Of a stretch of 64,000 bases of DNA, positions 42,242 through 53,166 are shown piece after piece. The stretch's first letter is position 1, and each line of letters begins with the position of its first letter. A model generated the notes under the pieces. The model did no database searches and was not told the origin of the DNA. It saw nothing but the letters and a program-made list of their open reading frames with translations. The position numbers were made by a program, and so were the translations under genes. The DNA is from TPA_inf: Saccharomyces (Eukaryota): assembly GCA_000146045.2 (NCBI GenBank), contig BK006940.2, forward strand, positions 192,001-256,000. The letters are read 5' to 3'.

Positions 42242-45200
42242 ATGTCGTTTTGGCCATTTGGACAGAATCTTAATCACTCTAATATTAATAAGATCCTAGA
42301 TGAATATTTTCATGTGCTACACGAACTGGAAAGGATTAACCCAAGCGTTGGTAAAGCCATTCCCGCTATTTTCAACAACGTTCAGGAACGAGGTACAAGT
42401 GACTCCCTAGATTCTATTCCGGAGGAGTATAGTCATGGTGATGAAGTGAAAACGGCACGTGGAGATCAGAAGAGTCGATTTGAGAAGGATGATCAGCAAG
42501 AACGGTATGAGAAAGAGGAAGAGGAACGGAGCATGAACTCTAGCGAATCTTCCACTACATCTTTTTCTTCTGGGTCAACTTCTAAAACTGATTTAGATGA
42601 GGAGGATATCAGCAATGCTACTGCTCCCATGATGGTCACCACAAAGAATTTGGATAACTCTTTTATTGAAAGAATGCTTGTAGAGACAGAGCTACTGAAC
42701 GAATTATCGAGACAAAACAAGACGCTACTTGACTTCATTTGCTTTGGATTTTTCTTTGATAAGAAAACTAATAAGAAAGTGAATAATATGGAATATCTGG
42801 TCGACCAACTGATGGAATGTATCTCGAAGATTAAAACCGCCACCACAGTGGATTTGAATAACCTGATAGATTATCAAGAACAGCAACAGCTTGATGATAG
42901 CTCACAAGAGGACGTTTATGTGGAATCTGATACGGAGCAAGAAGAGGAGAAAGAGGACGATAATAACAGCAATAACAAGAAGAGACGAAAACGCGGAAGC
43001 TCCTCGTTTGGTAACGATGATATCAACAACAATGACGACGACGACGATGCGAATGAGGACGATGAATCTGCTTATTTGACAAAGGCCACCATAATATCTG
43101 AAATCTTTTCCTTAGACATATGGTTGATTAGCGAGTCATTAGTTAAAAACCAATCATACTTAAACAAGATTTGGTCTATCATCAACCAGCCAAATTTCAA
43201 TTCTGAAAACTCTCCCTTGGTACCCATATTCTTAAAGATTAACCAAAATCTGTTGTTAACCAGGCAGGATCAATATTTAAATTTTATTCGAACGGAGAGA
43301 AGCTTTGTTGATGATATGTTAAAGCATGTTGATATTTCCCTATTGATGGATTTTTTCTTGAAAATAATATCCACAGATAAGATTGAATCACCCACGGGAA
43401 TAATTGAATTAGTATATGATCAAAACTTGATCAGCAAATGCTTAAGCTTTCTAAATAACAAAGAGTCCCCAGCTGACATCCAAGCATGCGTGGGTGATTT
43501 CTTAAAGGCTCTGATTGCCATTTCTGCTAATGCACCCTTGGATGATATTTCCATTGGTCCAAACTCCTTGACGAGACAGCTAGCATCTCCCGAATCCATT
43601 GCAAAGCTAGTCGATATCATGATCAACCAAAGAGGTGCCGCATTAAATACCACAGTTTCGATTGTCATTGAGCTGATAAGGAAAAACAATTCAGACTACG
43701 ATCAAGTTAATCTTTTAACCACTACTATAAAGACTCATCCACCTTCAAATAGAGATCCAATATATTTAGGCTATCTACTTCGGAAATTTTCAAACCATTT
43801 GTCCGATTTTTTCCAAATCATTCTAGATATTGAAAATGACGCCAACATCCCATTACATGAAAATCAGTTGCACGAAAAATTTAAACCTTTAGGATTTGAA
43901 AGATTCAAAGTGGTGGAATTAATCGCCGAGTTACTGCATTGCTCTAATATGGGATTAATGAATTCCAAAAGGGCAGAAAGAATAGCCAGAAGAAGAGATA
44001 AAGTAAGGAGCCAGTTATCCCATCATTTACAAGATGCATTAAACGATCTGAGTATCGAAGAAAAGGAGCAACTTAAAACGAAGCACTCTCCAACACGTGA
44101 CACTGATCACGACCTAAAAAATAACAACGGTAAAATAGATAACGACAATAATGATAATGATGATGAAAGTGACTATGGCGACGAAATAGACGAGAGCTTC
44201 GAAATTCCATACATCAATATGAAGCAAAACATAAAACTTAGGACCGACCCCACGGTCGGGGACCTATTCAAAATCAAACTATATGATACGCGAATTGTTT
44301 CCAAAATAATGGAACTATTCTTAACACATCCTTGGAACAATTTTTGGCATAATGTTATATTCGACATAATTCAGCAAATCTTCAATGGAAGAATGGATTT
44401 TTCCTATAATTCCTTCCTTGTTTTGTCTCTGTTTAACTTAAAGAGCTCCTATCAATTTATGACTGATATCGTCATATCAGATGAAAAAGGAACGGATGTT
44501 TCCCGATTTTCTCCCGTTATTAGAGACCCAAATTTTGATTTCAAAATAACTACAGACTTCATATTAAGGGGCTACCAGGATTCATATAAATTTTATGAGC
44601 TAAGGAAAATGAATTTGGGATATATGGGCCATATTGTCTTGATTGCCGAAGAAGTGGTCAAATTTTCTAAATTGTACAAAGTGGAACTAATATCTCCCGA
44701 TATTCAAGTAATTTTACAAACCGAAGAATGGCAATACTACTCCGAAGAAGTCTTAAACGAAACAAGAATGATGTACTCTAAAATTCTTGGCGGTGGAAGT
44801 TATATTGATGATGGAAATGGTAACATCATTCCGCAGCTGCCTGACAATACTACTGTATTAACTCCAAATGGTGATGCAAGTAATAATAATGAAATCCTTG
44901 ATTCAGATACCGGGAGTAGTAATGGAACAAGTGGTGGCGGCCAATTAATCAATGTTGAGTCTCTAGAAGAACAGTTGTCCTTATCTACAGAATCTGATTT
45001 ACACAACAAGTTAAGGGAAATGTTAATCAATAGGGCTCAAGAAGACGTTGATAATAAGAACACGGAAAATGGGGTTTTCATACTGGGGCCGCCGGAGGAC
45101 AAGAACAGTAATAGTAACATTAACAATACCAACCATAATAGTAATAATAGTAATAACAACGATAATAACGATAATAATGATAATGACAATGATAATACTC

Positions 45201-45250
45201 GTAATTATAATGAAGATGCTGATAATGATAATGATTATGATCATGAATGA
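42242..45250 (+). CDS. SAP155: Sap155, a Sit4-phosphatase-associated protein (SAPS domain), 1002 aa. Its C-terminal tail is low-complexity and rich in Asn and Asp.
   Basis: The track ORF starts at 42179 with a non-ATG. The ATG at 42242 (MSFWPFGQNLNHSN) gives 1002 aa. Confidence 0.85.
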   Translation: MSFWPFGQNLNHSNINKILDEYFHVLHELERINPSVGKAIPAIFNNVQERGTSDSLDSIPEEYSHGDEVKTARGDQKSRFEKDDQQERYEKEEEERSMNSSESSTTSFSSGSTSKTDLDEEDISNATAPMMVTTKNLDNSFIERMLVETELLNELSRQNKTLLDFICFGFFFDKKTNKKVNNMEYLVDQLMECISKIKTATTVDLNNLIDYQEQQQLDDSSQEDVYVESDTEQEEEKEDDNNSNNKKRRKRGSSSFGNDDINNNDDDDDANEDDESAYLTKATIISEIFSLDIWLISESLVKNQSYLNKIWSIINQPNFNSENSPLVPIFLKINQNLLLTRQDQYLNFIRTERSFVDDMLKHVDISLLMDFFLKIISTDKIESPTGIIELVYDQNLISKCLSFLNNKESPADIQACVGDFLKALIAISANAPLDDISIGPNSLTRQLASPESIAKLVDIMINQRGAALNTTVSIVIELIRKNNSDYDQVNLLTTTIKTHPPSNRDPIYLGYLLRKFSNHLSDFFQIILDIENDANIPLHENQLHEKFKPLGFERFKVVELIAELLHCSNMGLMNSKRAERIARRRDKVRSQLSHHLQDALNDLSIEEKEQLKTKHSPTRDTDHDLKNNNGKIDNDNNDNDDESDYGDEIDESFEIPYINMKQNIKLRTDPTVGDLFKIKLYDTRIVSKIMELFLTHPWNNFWHNVIFDIIQQIFNGRMDFSYNSFLVLSLFNLKSSYQFMTDIVISDEKGTDVSRFSPVIRDPNFDFKITTDFILRGYQDSYKFYELRKMNLGYMGHIVLIAEEVVKFSKLYKVELISPDIQVILQTEEWQYYSEEVLNETRMMYSKILGGGSYIDDGNGNIIPQLPDNTTVLTPNGDASNNNEILDSDTGSSNGTSGGGQLINVESLEEQLSLSTESDLHNKLREMLINRAQEDVDNKNTENGVFILGPPEDKNSNSNINNTNHNSNNSNNNDNNDNNDNDNDNTRNYNEDADNDNDYDHE

Positions 45251-45367
45251 TACATTGTTTTGTACTTTTCTTTAATTTGTATATATATATATTAATTTAT
45301 ATGTATAAGTACCATGTAGTTTTCTATTCATTCATTCATTCATCATGATAATATTACTTCTTACGTA

Positions 45368-46255
45368 TCATTTACGTGAATAGATCACTTTACCGTTAGG
45401 CAATTCCATTTTCTTTTGGCCTTTCTTTGCAGAACCCTTTTTTACTTTGTTCCCCTTTTTTGTTTGGTTACCATCATACTTTTTACTATCCGTTATTATT
45501 TCTTCTTTTCCTGCGCTACCAACAGATTTGCCAAACGTCATGTTCCAAACCGAAGCAGGTATTCTCCAAAACAAACAGTTCTTTACTGAAGGTTTATCCA
45601 AGGTATCTGGCGAAATTAGTGTTTCACTTCCATCAGGCTCTACAACATAGACATCGCTAAACCTTACAACCAAACTTTTACCCTCATCCTTTTCATGTTG
45701 TTTAAACGTTAGTTGTTTTACGCCTAGTCCATTGGTATCATCCTGTTGTTTACACTGACTGATGAAGTTTTCAATTCTTGATCTTTGAGAACGATATTGA
45801 ATAATAGAAATGATATACTGCCCAATATTAACGACTATCCAAATAAAGGCCAGCAGGAACCAAGTCTTAGGCTTCATTCTGGAAAAATAAAAACCACCCT
45901 TATGGAAATCATAGTTTGGAAAGCCATTCTGTAGATAATAATCATAAATCTTACGATTAGAGCTGTTTGAAAGAATTTGAGTAGCGAGGTTTAACCTTTC
46001 ATACAATTTACGGTATTTAGGGTTCTTATCCGGATGGTACTTCTTGGATAGCTTTCTTAAGTTTTTTGTAATCTCCTTTGTACTAGAATTCTGCAGTTTA
46101 GGTAACTTCAAGAACTTGTAGAAGTTCATATCTGGGCCATATTTCGTACTTATTTCATTTTGTAATTGGAAAATTTCTGTTTCAATGGTGGTAAAAGCAT
46201 ATGATAGAGATACCAATCCCAGGACAACCAACGCAGGTTTCCAGTAACCGTTCAT
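45368..46255 (-). CDS. ERJ5: Erj5, an ER type-I membrane J-domain co-chaperone, 295 aa
   Basis: Signal sequence, then a J-domain with the HPD motif (KKYHPDKNPK), then a transmembrane segment (WFLLAFIWIVVNIGQYIISII). Confidence 0.85.
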   Translation of the reverse strand: MNGYWKPALVVLGLVSLSYAFTTIETEIFQLQNEISTKYGPDMNFYKFLKLPKLQNSSTKEITKNLRKLSKKYHPDKNPKYRKLYERLNLATQILSNSSNRKIYDYYLQNGFPNYDFHKGGFYFSRMKPKTWFLLAFIWIVVNIGQYIISIIQYRSQRSRIENFISQCKQQDDTNGLGVKQLTFKQHEKDEGKSLVVRFSDVYVVEPDGSETLISPDTLDKPSVKNCLFWRIPASVWNMTFGKSVGSAGKEEIITDSKKYDGNQTKKGNKVKKGSAKKGQKKMELPNGKVIYSRK

Positions 46256-46457
46256 TCTTTTAGTGATCTTGTAACCTTGATTTTTTGTTCGTTTTCTATT
46301 CTTTTGGTACGTGTTATTTTGAAAATCTCATTTTTTTCGTGATTATTAATTTTGAATATGGAAATTAAATATGATTTACCTTCAAATTGGGAAATAATGT
46401 AAATACAACGTCAATAAAAGTATTTGTTCGGTCACATATATTTAACTAGCATTGAGG

Positions 46458-47060
46458 ATGGCAGGTATCAAGTTGACGCATAAGCTTTATCAGTATTATC
46501 AATTAGCCACAAGCTTTTTGTATGCTGCATTATTGATACGGTGGCTGATATTAATGCCACTGGTAGGGTCTCGGTTTTTACCGGGAGGAATCCACGAATT
46601 CTTGATATATTTGATGTTTTATTCCAGCATCATGGAAGTTATTTGGTTGCTTAGATTCCACGGGTTCAAATATGGTTTGCTTTCAAGAACGTTTTTGAAA
46701 GACCTAAATTTTATCTATTTAGTCAGCGTGATCCATTTTTATGACGATTATGAGCATGCATTGATCCTCAAGAATGCATCATATTCTAGTTTCATTATTT
46801 CCTTATCTTTATCACAGGCATATTGCCATTGGTGCAAACTTTTTAAACGTAAGGGCGTAAAGGAAAGAACACTTGTATGGAAGGTTAACACATTTGTTAC
46901 ATTGCCAATTCTCTACCTGAGTGAATTTGCATTGCTACTATTAAATATCCAGGTTAAGAACTATCATTCTACCCCGACTTTGGACATAATCAACAGGGTG
47001 GTTTTACTAGCATACTTCCCTGTACTACTAACAGCATACAAAAAACTATTAACAAAATGA
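46458..47060 (+). CDS. KEG1: Keg1, an ER multi-pass membrane protein that acts in beta-1,6-glucan synthesis with Kre6, 200 aa
   Basis: The track ORF starts at a TTG at 46452. The ATG at 46458 (MAGIKLTHKLYQYYQ) gives 200 aa. Several hydrophobic helices are present. Confidence 0.8.
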   Translation: MAGIKLTHKLYQYYQLATSFLYAALLIRWLILMPLVGSRFLPGGIHEFLIYLMFYSSIMEVIWLLRFHGFKYGLLSRTFLKDLNFIYLVSVIHFYDDYEHALILKNASYSSFIISLSLSQAYCHWCKLFKRKGVKERTLVWKVNTFVTLPILYLSEFALLLLNIQVKNYHSTPTLDIINRVVLLAYFPVLLTAYKKLLTK

Positions 47061-47113
47061 GCAATCTTATTGGTTTAATACATATGTATACACATATACA
47101 TATCTGTACATAC

Positions 47114-47827
47114 TCATAAATATCTGGATAGTTCGTCAGCCATTTCATTTGCAAAAGCATCAGCTTCACTACTATTCTCGATAGACTTATATTTTAGCCT
47201 TGCACTTTGCAAATTCCTAATTATTTGTTCGAGGGGCATTTCATTAGGAATTTCCTCCCTTATTTTAGTAGCCGGTTGAACTTCACAATTTAACCAGTCG
47301 TGGGTATCTATAATCTCCTGGATCCTATCAAGCCCCAATTTTTCTCCATAGTCGTTATGATTAACAGTTGGTTTTGACCTTTTCCAGTTTACGAATTCGA
47401 TGACGTTTGTAAAGGCATTGCTCCATATCTCATTCAGTTCATCAATTTCATCTTGCTCGACTTCTTCGTTCACATTGGCCAACACAACAAAAGTATTTCG
47501 ATGGGCAGCTATCATGAATTGGTGCAGCAGTTCTTGAGGTTTTGTTTGCCGGATGTCCGTTATTAAGATAATTCCTGCCATGACATTTCTAAGCGGTTCA
47601 CATTCAGGCGTTATAAATTCTTCCACCCATACTGGTATCTCTTTGCAAGAGTCAATATAAAGATCAAAATGGACTTTATAGTATCTATTTTCCCAAGTTT
47701 GGTCCTTAACTATACTGATGCCCGTGCTAGAGCAATGAAACAGGTCTTGCAAAAATTGTGTTTTTAAAAAGTTGTGTGGGTGATCTGATAAAACCAATAT
47801 TTTATTCTGGGGGTATTGAAGAACCAT
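47114..47827 (-). CDS. IRC6: Irc6, a clathrin-adaptor-associated protein with a small-GTPase-like fold, 237 aa
   Basis: 237-aa ORF. Position and length match YFR043C. No strong motif visible by eye. Confidence 0.78.
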   Translation of the reverse strand: MVLQYPQNKILVLSDHPHNFLKTQFLQDLFHCSSTGISIVKDQTWENRYYKVHFDLYIDSCKEIPVWVEEFITPECEPLRNVMAGIILITDIRQTKPQELLHQFMIAAHRNTFVVLANVNEEVEQDEIDELNEIWSNAFTNVIEFVNWKRSKPTVNHNDYGEKLGLDRIQEIIDTHDWLNCEVQPATKIREEIPNEMPLEQIIRNLQSARLKYKSIENSSEADAFANEMADELSRYL

Positions 47828-47991
47828 GGTAGATTGGTATTTTTGCGTATATATACTTGCTATCTTGCTGCATCAGATTTTCTCTATAAAGAGTTTTCTG
47901 TTTTTCCTCTCTTTTCAGAATTCGAATAGGAATGAGTAAACTTGAATGACATGGAATTTACACATATATACACATATATAAATAAGATGAC

Positions 47992-49437
47992 TTAGTTTTC
48001 TGGCGATTCAGAGTAATATTGCAAGTAAGCAGCCATCGTCTTCATACCACCAACAAAATTTGAAATATCTAACTTTTCATTGATTGAATGAGCACCATCA
48101 TCGCCTCTACCCATTGGCAGCAATAAGACACTAGTGTTCAAGGCATCTTGGAAAGTCAAAGTGATAGGAATGGAACCACCTTCCCTGGTAAAATCAGGAT
48201 CGACACCATAGACCAGTTTTGTGGCCTTTTTAGCAGCAGTAAATTGGGCGTTGAATGGATCAGAAACCCAATAAGCACCATCATGGATCAATTCTGTTCT
48301 GCACTTGTTTGGAGAGTTCAAGGACTTGAATTTGGCATCACAATGCTTCTGGACCAAAGAGGTCAGTTTCTCAGAATCCATGTCGGGGACGGTTCTAATG
48401 GAAAACTTACCGAAGACCTTAGCTGGAATGACAGTCTTTGCACCTTGAGCGGAAAAGGCGCCTTCCACACCATGAATGGACAACGAAGGATACCTCCATC
48501 TGTGCATCAAGATGTCTTCCTTCTTGTCGTACAAACTTGTCTTAGAGCCAGTTGCAGCGTTCAATTCTTCGACGCTAAATTCGATATCCTTGTATAGAGC
48601 CTTCTCCTTTTCGGTTAGAGGAGCAACCATTTCGTCAATACCGTCAATCAGGATCTTACCCTTAGAATCCACAAGGGAACCGAGAACTTGCATTAAATCG
48701 ATCATTGGTTCAGCAACAACACCACCAAAGATACCAGAGTGTAAATCTGCACTTGGACCCTCAATGATGGTTTGATAGTAGTTGCAACCTCTTAGACCAT
48801 AAGTCAAAACAGGCTTCTTAGTGCCTAGCCAGTAATTATCGGAAATACAAACGGCATCTACACCTTTAAAGTAACCATTAGCTTCCTTTTTAATCAATTC
48901 ATCCAATTTCAAAGAACCACTTTCCTCCATTCCTTCGAAACAAGTAACTAAGTTAACGGGGAATTCTTGTCCGGAGGCTTTGAAGGCGTCCACAACGTTA
49001 ATCCAAGATAATAAGGGACCAGTGTCATCGGTGACACCCCTTCCTTTCATGATACCTTTAGCCTCATCAATGACAAGCTTGAATGGCTCAGTATCCCAAC
49101 CATCTTCCAATTGAGCAGGTTGCACATCATAGTGACCGTAAACCAACACAGTCTTTTTTGAAGGGTCGCTGCCGAACCTAGACAGAATCACAGGAGGTAG
49201 AGACAGATTTGGCGTAGAAATTGGTGGAGGTTGAATGCCCAGATCCACCATTTTAATGTCATGGAACCCCGATTGTGATAATTGCTCGGAGATAAACTTG
49301 GCCTTATCGAAGACTTTGGACCTTAGTGATTCATCCGAAGAAACAGCGGGGATTTGAATAGCCTTAGTCAGTCTGCTGAAGAACTGAGGCTTTAAAGAAT
49401 CAATCTTTTGGAAAACGGAAGTAAGTGAGTGAGACAT
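47992..49437 (-). CDS. DUG1: Dug1, a Cys-Gly metallo-dipeptidase of the M20 family, 481 aa
   Basis: 481-aa ORF with M20 metal-binding motifs (YGHYDVQP; GRGVTDDTGP; EGMEESGS). Confidence 0.93.
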   Translation of the reverse strand: MSHSLTSVFQKIDSLKPQFFSRLTKAIQIPAVSSDESLRSKVFDKAKFISEQLSQSGFHDIKMVDLGIQPPPISTPNLSLPPVILSRFGSDPSKKTVLVYGHYDVQPAQLEDGWDTEPFKLVIDEAKGIMKGRGVTDDTGPLLSWINVVDAFKASGQEFPVNLVTCFEGMEESGSLKLDELIKKEANGYFKGVDAVCISDNYWLGTKKPVLTYGLRGCNYYQTIIEGPSADLHSGIFGGVVAEPMIDLMQVLGSLVDSKGKILIDGIDEMVAPLTEKEKALYKDIEFSVEELNAATGSKTSLYDKKEDILMHRWRYPSLSIHGVEGAFSAQGAKTVIPAKVFGKFSIRTVPDMDSEKLTSLVQKHCDAKFKSLNSPNKCRTELIHDGAYWVSDPFNAQFTAAKKATKLVYGVDPDFTREGGSIPITLTFQDALNTSVLLLPMGRGDDGAHSINEKLDISNFVGGMKTMAAYLQYYSESPEN

Positions 49438-49997
49438 GCTTGTGTACGATGCTCTGGAGCAACTGAACTAACAATGAAGGGAGATTCAATTGATAAGAAC
49501 AACATGTTGCTATTATAGTCTCTCTTTTTTTTTTGACACATTTTCTTGTAGCCGTTTTGAATGACGAATATAAGGGATATTGCTAAAATATGCTGTGGCA
49601 TTGGTCAACTTAAAAGAATACGAATACTTATTCTAAAAGATGTGCTCGAGTATTTAACCCACCGATTGGCGCACAAAATGTGTTGTGGAGTTATCAATCA
49701 CTCGAGGGATTTAATCGACTTCTTGTTTAGTTCGCCTTCGCTAGTCATAATAAAATCGACTTATTAATCCAAAAATTTCAAACTTTCTTGTCAACATAAC
49801 TTCTGGAAAGGGTGTCAGAGGTTTTTCCTTCTTGCGTCTGCTGATTTTATTAGGTTGTTTAATTTAAAGGGCTTTGAACAGAAGTGGGAACTTCTTCCGC
49901 CTTATTAAGCTATTTTTCAATCGAATATAATTGAAAAAGTAATTGCTCTCACAGGTAGTCGAATCGTAAAAAAAGGGCAGTAAGAACAGCACCCGAC

Positions 49998-50999
49998 ATG
50001 GCTAACCAGGTAAGTAGTAAACTGTTTCGTTCCAAGACGCTAATGCTATTTTATTAACGCTCTCTTTTTTCTCGTTTGCAGAACTCTGACCTTTACAAGC
50101 AAATCACTGCCGGCAGTGTAGCTGCTGTGTTTCAAACGACAATGACATACCCATTTGAGTACTTAAAGACTGGTTTACAATTGCAACCGAAGGGTACCGC
50201 TTTCGAAATCATTTTACCTCAGATTAAGTCGTACTTTGTTGGCTGCTCTGCCCTAAACGTGGCCGCATTTGGTAAGACTATTTTAAGGTTCGTTACGTTC
50301 GACAAGTTATGCCACTCCCTGAATAATAACATTGATAATAATGATAATTTTCAAAGACTGACTGGTTATAACCTTTTGATCGCTGGTACGTTGACAGGAA
50401 TAGTAGAAAGTTTGTTTATTATCCCTTTTGAAAACATAAAAACCACCCTTATCCAATCGGCGATGATCGATCATAAAAAATTAGAGAAGAATCAACCTGT
50501 AGTTAACGCAAAGGCAACCTTTCACAAGGTGGCGACTAAATCTACTCCTGTGGCTCGTATCGAGAAACTACTTCCAGCGGTAAAACACATGTATCAAACA
50601 AGAGGCCCTGCTGCGTTCGTCCAGGGAACAACAGCCACCATATTTAGGCAGATAGCTAACACCTCTATTCAATTTACTGCATACACAGCATTTAAACGGT
50701 TGTTACAAGCAAGAAACGACAAGGCATCCTCAGTAATAACGGGGTTAGCCACATCTTTTACACTCGTGGCAATGACTCAGCCCATTGACGTCGTAAAAAC
50801 AAGGATGATGAGTCAAAATGCCAAAACTGAATATAAAAATACCTTAAATTGCATGTATAGAATATTTGTTCAAGAAGGCATGGCCACATTCTGGAAGGGC
50901 TCCATCTTTAGGTTTATGAAAGTCGGTATTTCAGGAGGCTTAACGTTCACTGTTTATGAACAGGTTAGTTTGTTACTAGGCTTCTCTTCCAGGTCTTGA
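49998..50999 (+). CDS. Mitochondrial carrier family protein of unknown substrate (YFR045W), 309 aa. The gene is spliced: exon 1 is 49998..50009 (MANQ), the intron is 50010..50081 (72 nt), and exon 2 is 50082..50999.
   Basis: ATGGCTAACCAG is followed by a GTAAGT donor. A TTTGCAG acceptor sits before AACTCTGAC. Exon 2 carries three carrier signature repeats of the P-x-[DE]-x-x-[KR] type: [18 protein letters not shown] and PIDVVKTRM. Confidence 0.8.
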
Positions 51000-51073
51000 T
51001 AATTTTGTGGATCTTTTACTCTTTTCTGTACATAAATTGCCACTATTTAATTATTTTCTCTACGGTATCTTTT

Positions 51074-52159
51074 TTAGAACAAATAACTTTCAATTCTTGA
51101 TTGAAGTTCTAAGGGAAGCAATTCGTGCGCGAGCTCAAACATATCATCAACGTTATTGATAATACCCATATCGATAAACGAATCTACCAATTCCTGTTTT
51201 TGTAACGTGCCGATTTTTTGTTTCAAGAAATCCATTATATTTAAAGATTCCTCCTGTATAGTAGACCACGTTTGTTTCGGCAATATTATCCTATTCTCAT
51301 TCAAAAATTGCCTTGTAAGATGTTTTAGATCCATTATTTGCAGCGGTTTTATAGAAGAACGTCTCACCGCAGGGACATTTAAACGGATAGGATCGTTGCC
51401 TATATCATCCAAATTTTCGTCACTGGTGTTTTCAAACGAATAATCTTCGTTTTCTGCTTCTTCTGTCTCCTCTTTATCGTCGCTTGGTAAATCTTCAGAT
51501 AGTGGTTCTTCCTGTTGCGTTATGGAAATTGGTACCGGATCACGTACTGGCGGTTCATCTACCTGATCCATTCCAATGCTTGGCGACGTGCGCAAAACTT
51601 CCATAGAGATACTGTTAGCTTTATCTGGAGAGTGCACTGTCAATTCATCCTCGTGTCCTGTCGTGGGAACATCTTGTATTATTATCGGGTCAATCTTCCT
51701 ACTTTTCAAGCCTTTGTCTCTTTCCTGCAATTTTGCAAATACTGTTTGCGATAAGGAAGTATAATCAGGTTGCGTTTCATTGCCAATGTTGTTATCTGTC
51801 AGTTTCTCACTTCTGCTCCGAAGAAGCTCATTCTCCTCTGGTTGGCTCTCTTCGTACGCTAATTCATCTATTAGATTCCGTGCTTGAGTTTTATTAGTAG
51901 TTGTATCGTTGCCTTGTGATTTGCGTGCTAACACTTGGCTTAAGTCTTGTAAAAAACTTCGTACTTCGTTCGGATCTTTATTGAGGATGTCATGAGACTT
52001 AGTAGAAGCAGATAAAAGTTTTCTATAACCTGGCGTATTTCTGATCAGTACCTCATCCTTGAGACGTTGTTCTTCAAGGGCTCTCTCCCGAAAGGGGGTT
52101 CTGATCTCTGAGACTTCTGTATTCTCGTTGTTACCGGCGGCCTTCCTGGGAGTGCTCAT
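51074..52159 (-). CDS. CNN1: Cnn1, a kinetochore protein (CENP-T-like), 361 aa
   Basis: 361-aa ORF. Position and length match YFR046C. Acidic and Ser-rich, with a C-terminal histone-fold-like region. Confidence 0.82.
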   Translation of the reverse strand: MSTPRKAAGNNENTEVSEIRTPFRERALEEQRLKDEVLIRNTPGYRKLLSASTKSHDILNKDPNEVRSFLQDLSQVLARKSQGNDTTTNKTQARNLIDELAYEESQPEENELLRSRSEKLTDNNIGNETQPDYTSLSQTVFAKLQERDKGLKSRKIDPIIIQDVPTTGHEDELTVHSPDKANSISMEVLRTSPSIGMDQVDEPPVRDPVPISITQQEEPLSEDLPSDDKEETEEAENEDYSFENTSDENLDDIGNDPIRLNVPAVRRSSIKPLQIMDLKHLTRQFLNENRIILPKQTWSTIQEESLNIMDFLKQKIGTLQKQELVDSFIDMGIINNVDDMFELAHELLPLELQSRIESYLF

Positions 52160-52278
52160 TATTCATTTCTTATTTCGTTACTAATCGTCGTGTGTGTCAT
52201 TAATCGGTAACGCGTAGCTTCTTAATCTTATTTAGAATATGTAAATAAAAAAAAGTAAAAATCGAAGCCTAAGCATTT

Positions 52279-53166
52279 TCAATGAGCCAGTTTCAATGAG
52301 AAATCAATCACTGGTGTGCCTTGATGAATGCTACTAGTGCTGTAAATGTCAATGTCATCGCACAAATACTCCTCGAGGTTGTCCAAATTCAAGCCTCCAC
52401 TACATTCCAAGAGGAAATGCTTTTTACCATTCCATTTGTTCTTAAGACTTTGGGCGCACATTTTCAAACCGTCACCTTTGAAATTATCCAACATGATAAC
52501 GTCTGCACCAGCTTCAATGGCCTCTGTGGCTTCATCTTCACTCAAACACTCCACTTCGATCTTCACAGCAAACCCGCACACGGCCCTGGCGTTCTTAACT
52601 GCGTTTGTTATAGAACCAGTAGCCCAAATATGATTATCTTTGAGCATGACCATAGAGGAAAGGTCGTATCTGTGCGTGTCGCAGCCACCTACAAGCATGG
52701 AATACTTTTCTAATCTACGTAAACCTGGTGTAGTCTTTCTTGTCCCCGCAATGGTCCCCTTGTAACCAGTCGAACGCGCCAAACTGATTATCTTATGTGA
52801 GGCGGTGGCAATTCCACTACTTCTACTAAGGATGTTCAAGGCGGTTCTTTCAGCTAATAGAATGTTTTTAGCGGGCCCAGTAATTTTAGCTACAACAATC
52901 TTACCAGAGTCATTCTTCGAAGGCTCCAAGAAGGAGCCTTCCTTAAACAACCACTCAACTTGCAATTCGCACTGATTAAAGACTTCTTGCGCAAAGGGGA
53001 CACCACACAGCATACCATCCTGCTTACAGTACAAATTGGCCTCCTTTAGGTCGGAACCAACAACATATCCACCAAAATCAAAAGAAGGAACGTCCTCGCT
53101 CAGCCAATTGGTGACGTCTTGTCTCCATGCTCCATTAACGGGCAATAAGTGTTCATAAACAGGCAT
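52279..53166 (-). CDS. BNA6: Bna6, a quinolinate phosphoribosyltransferase in de novo NAD synthesis, 295 aa
   Basis: 295-aa ORF with the type II PRTase/QPRTase fold. Conserved segments include [12 protein letters not shown] and VMLDN. Confidence 0.93.
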
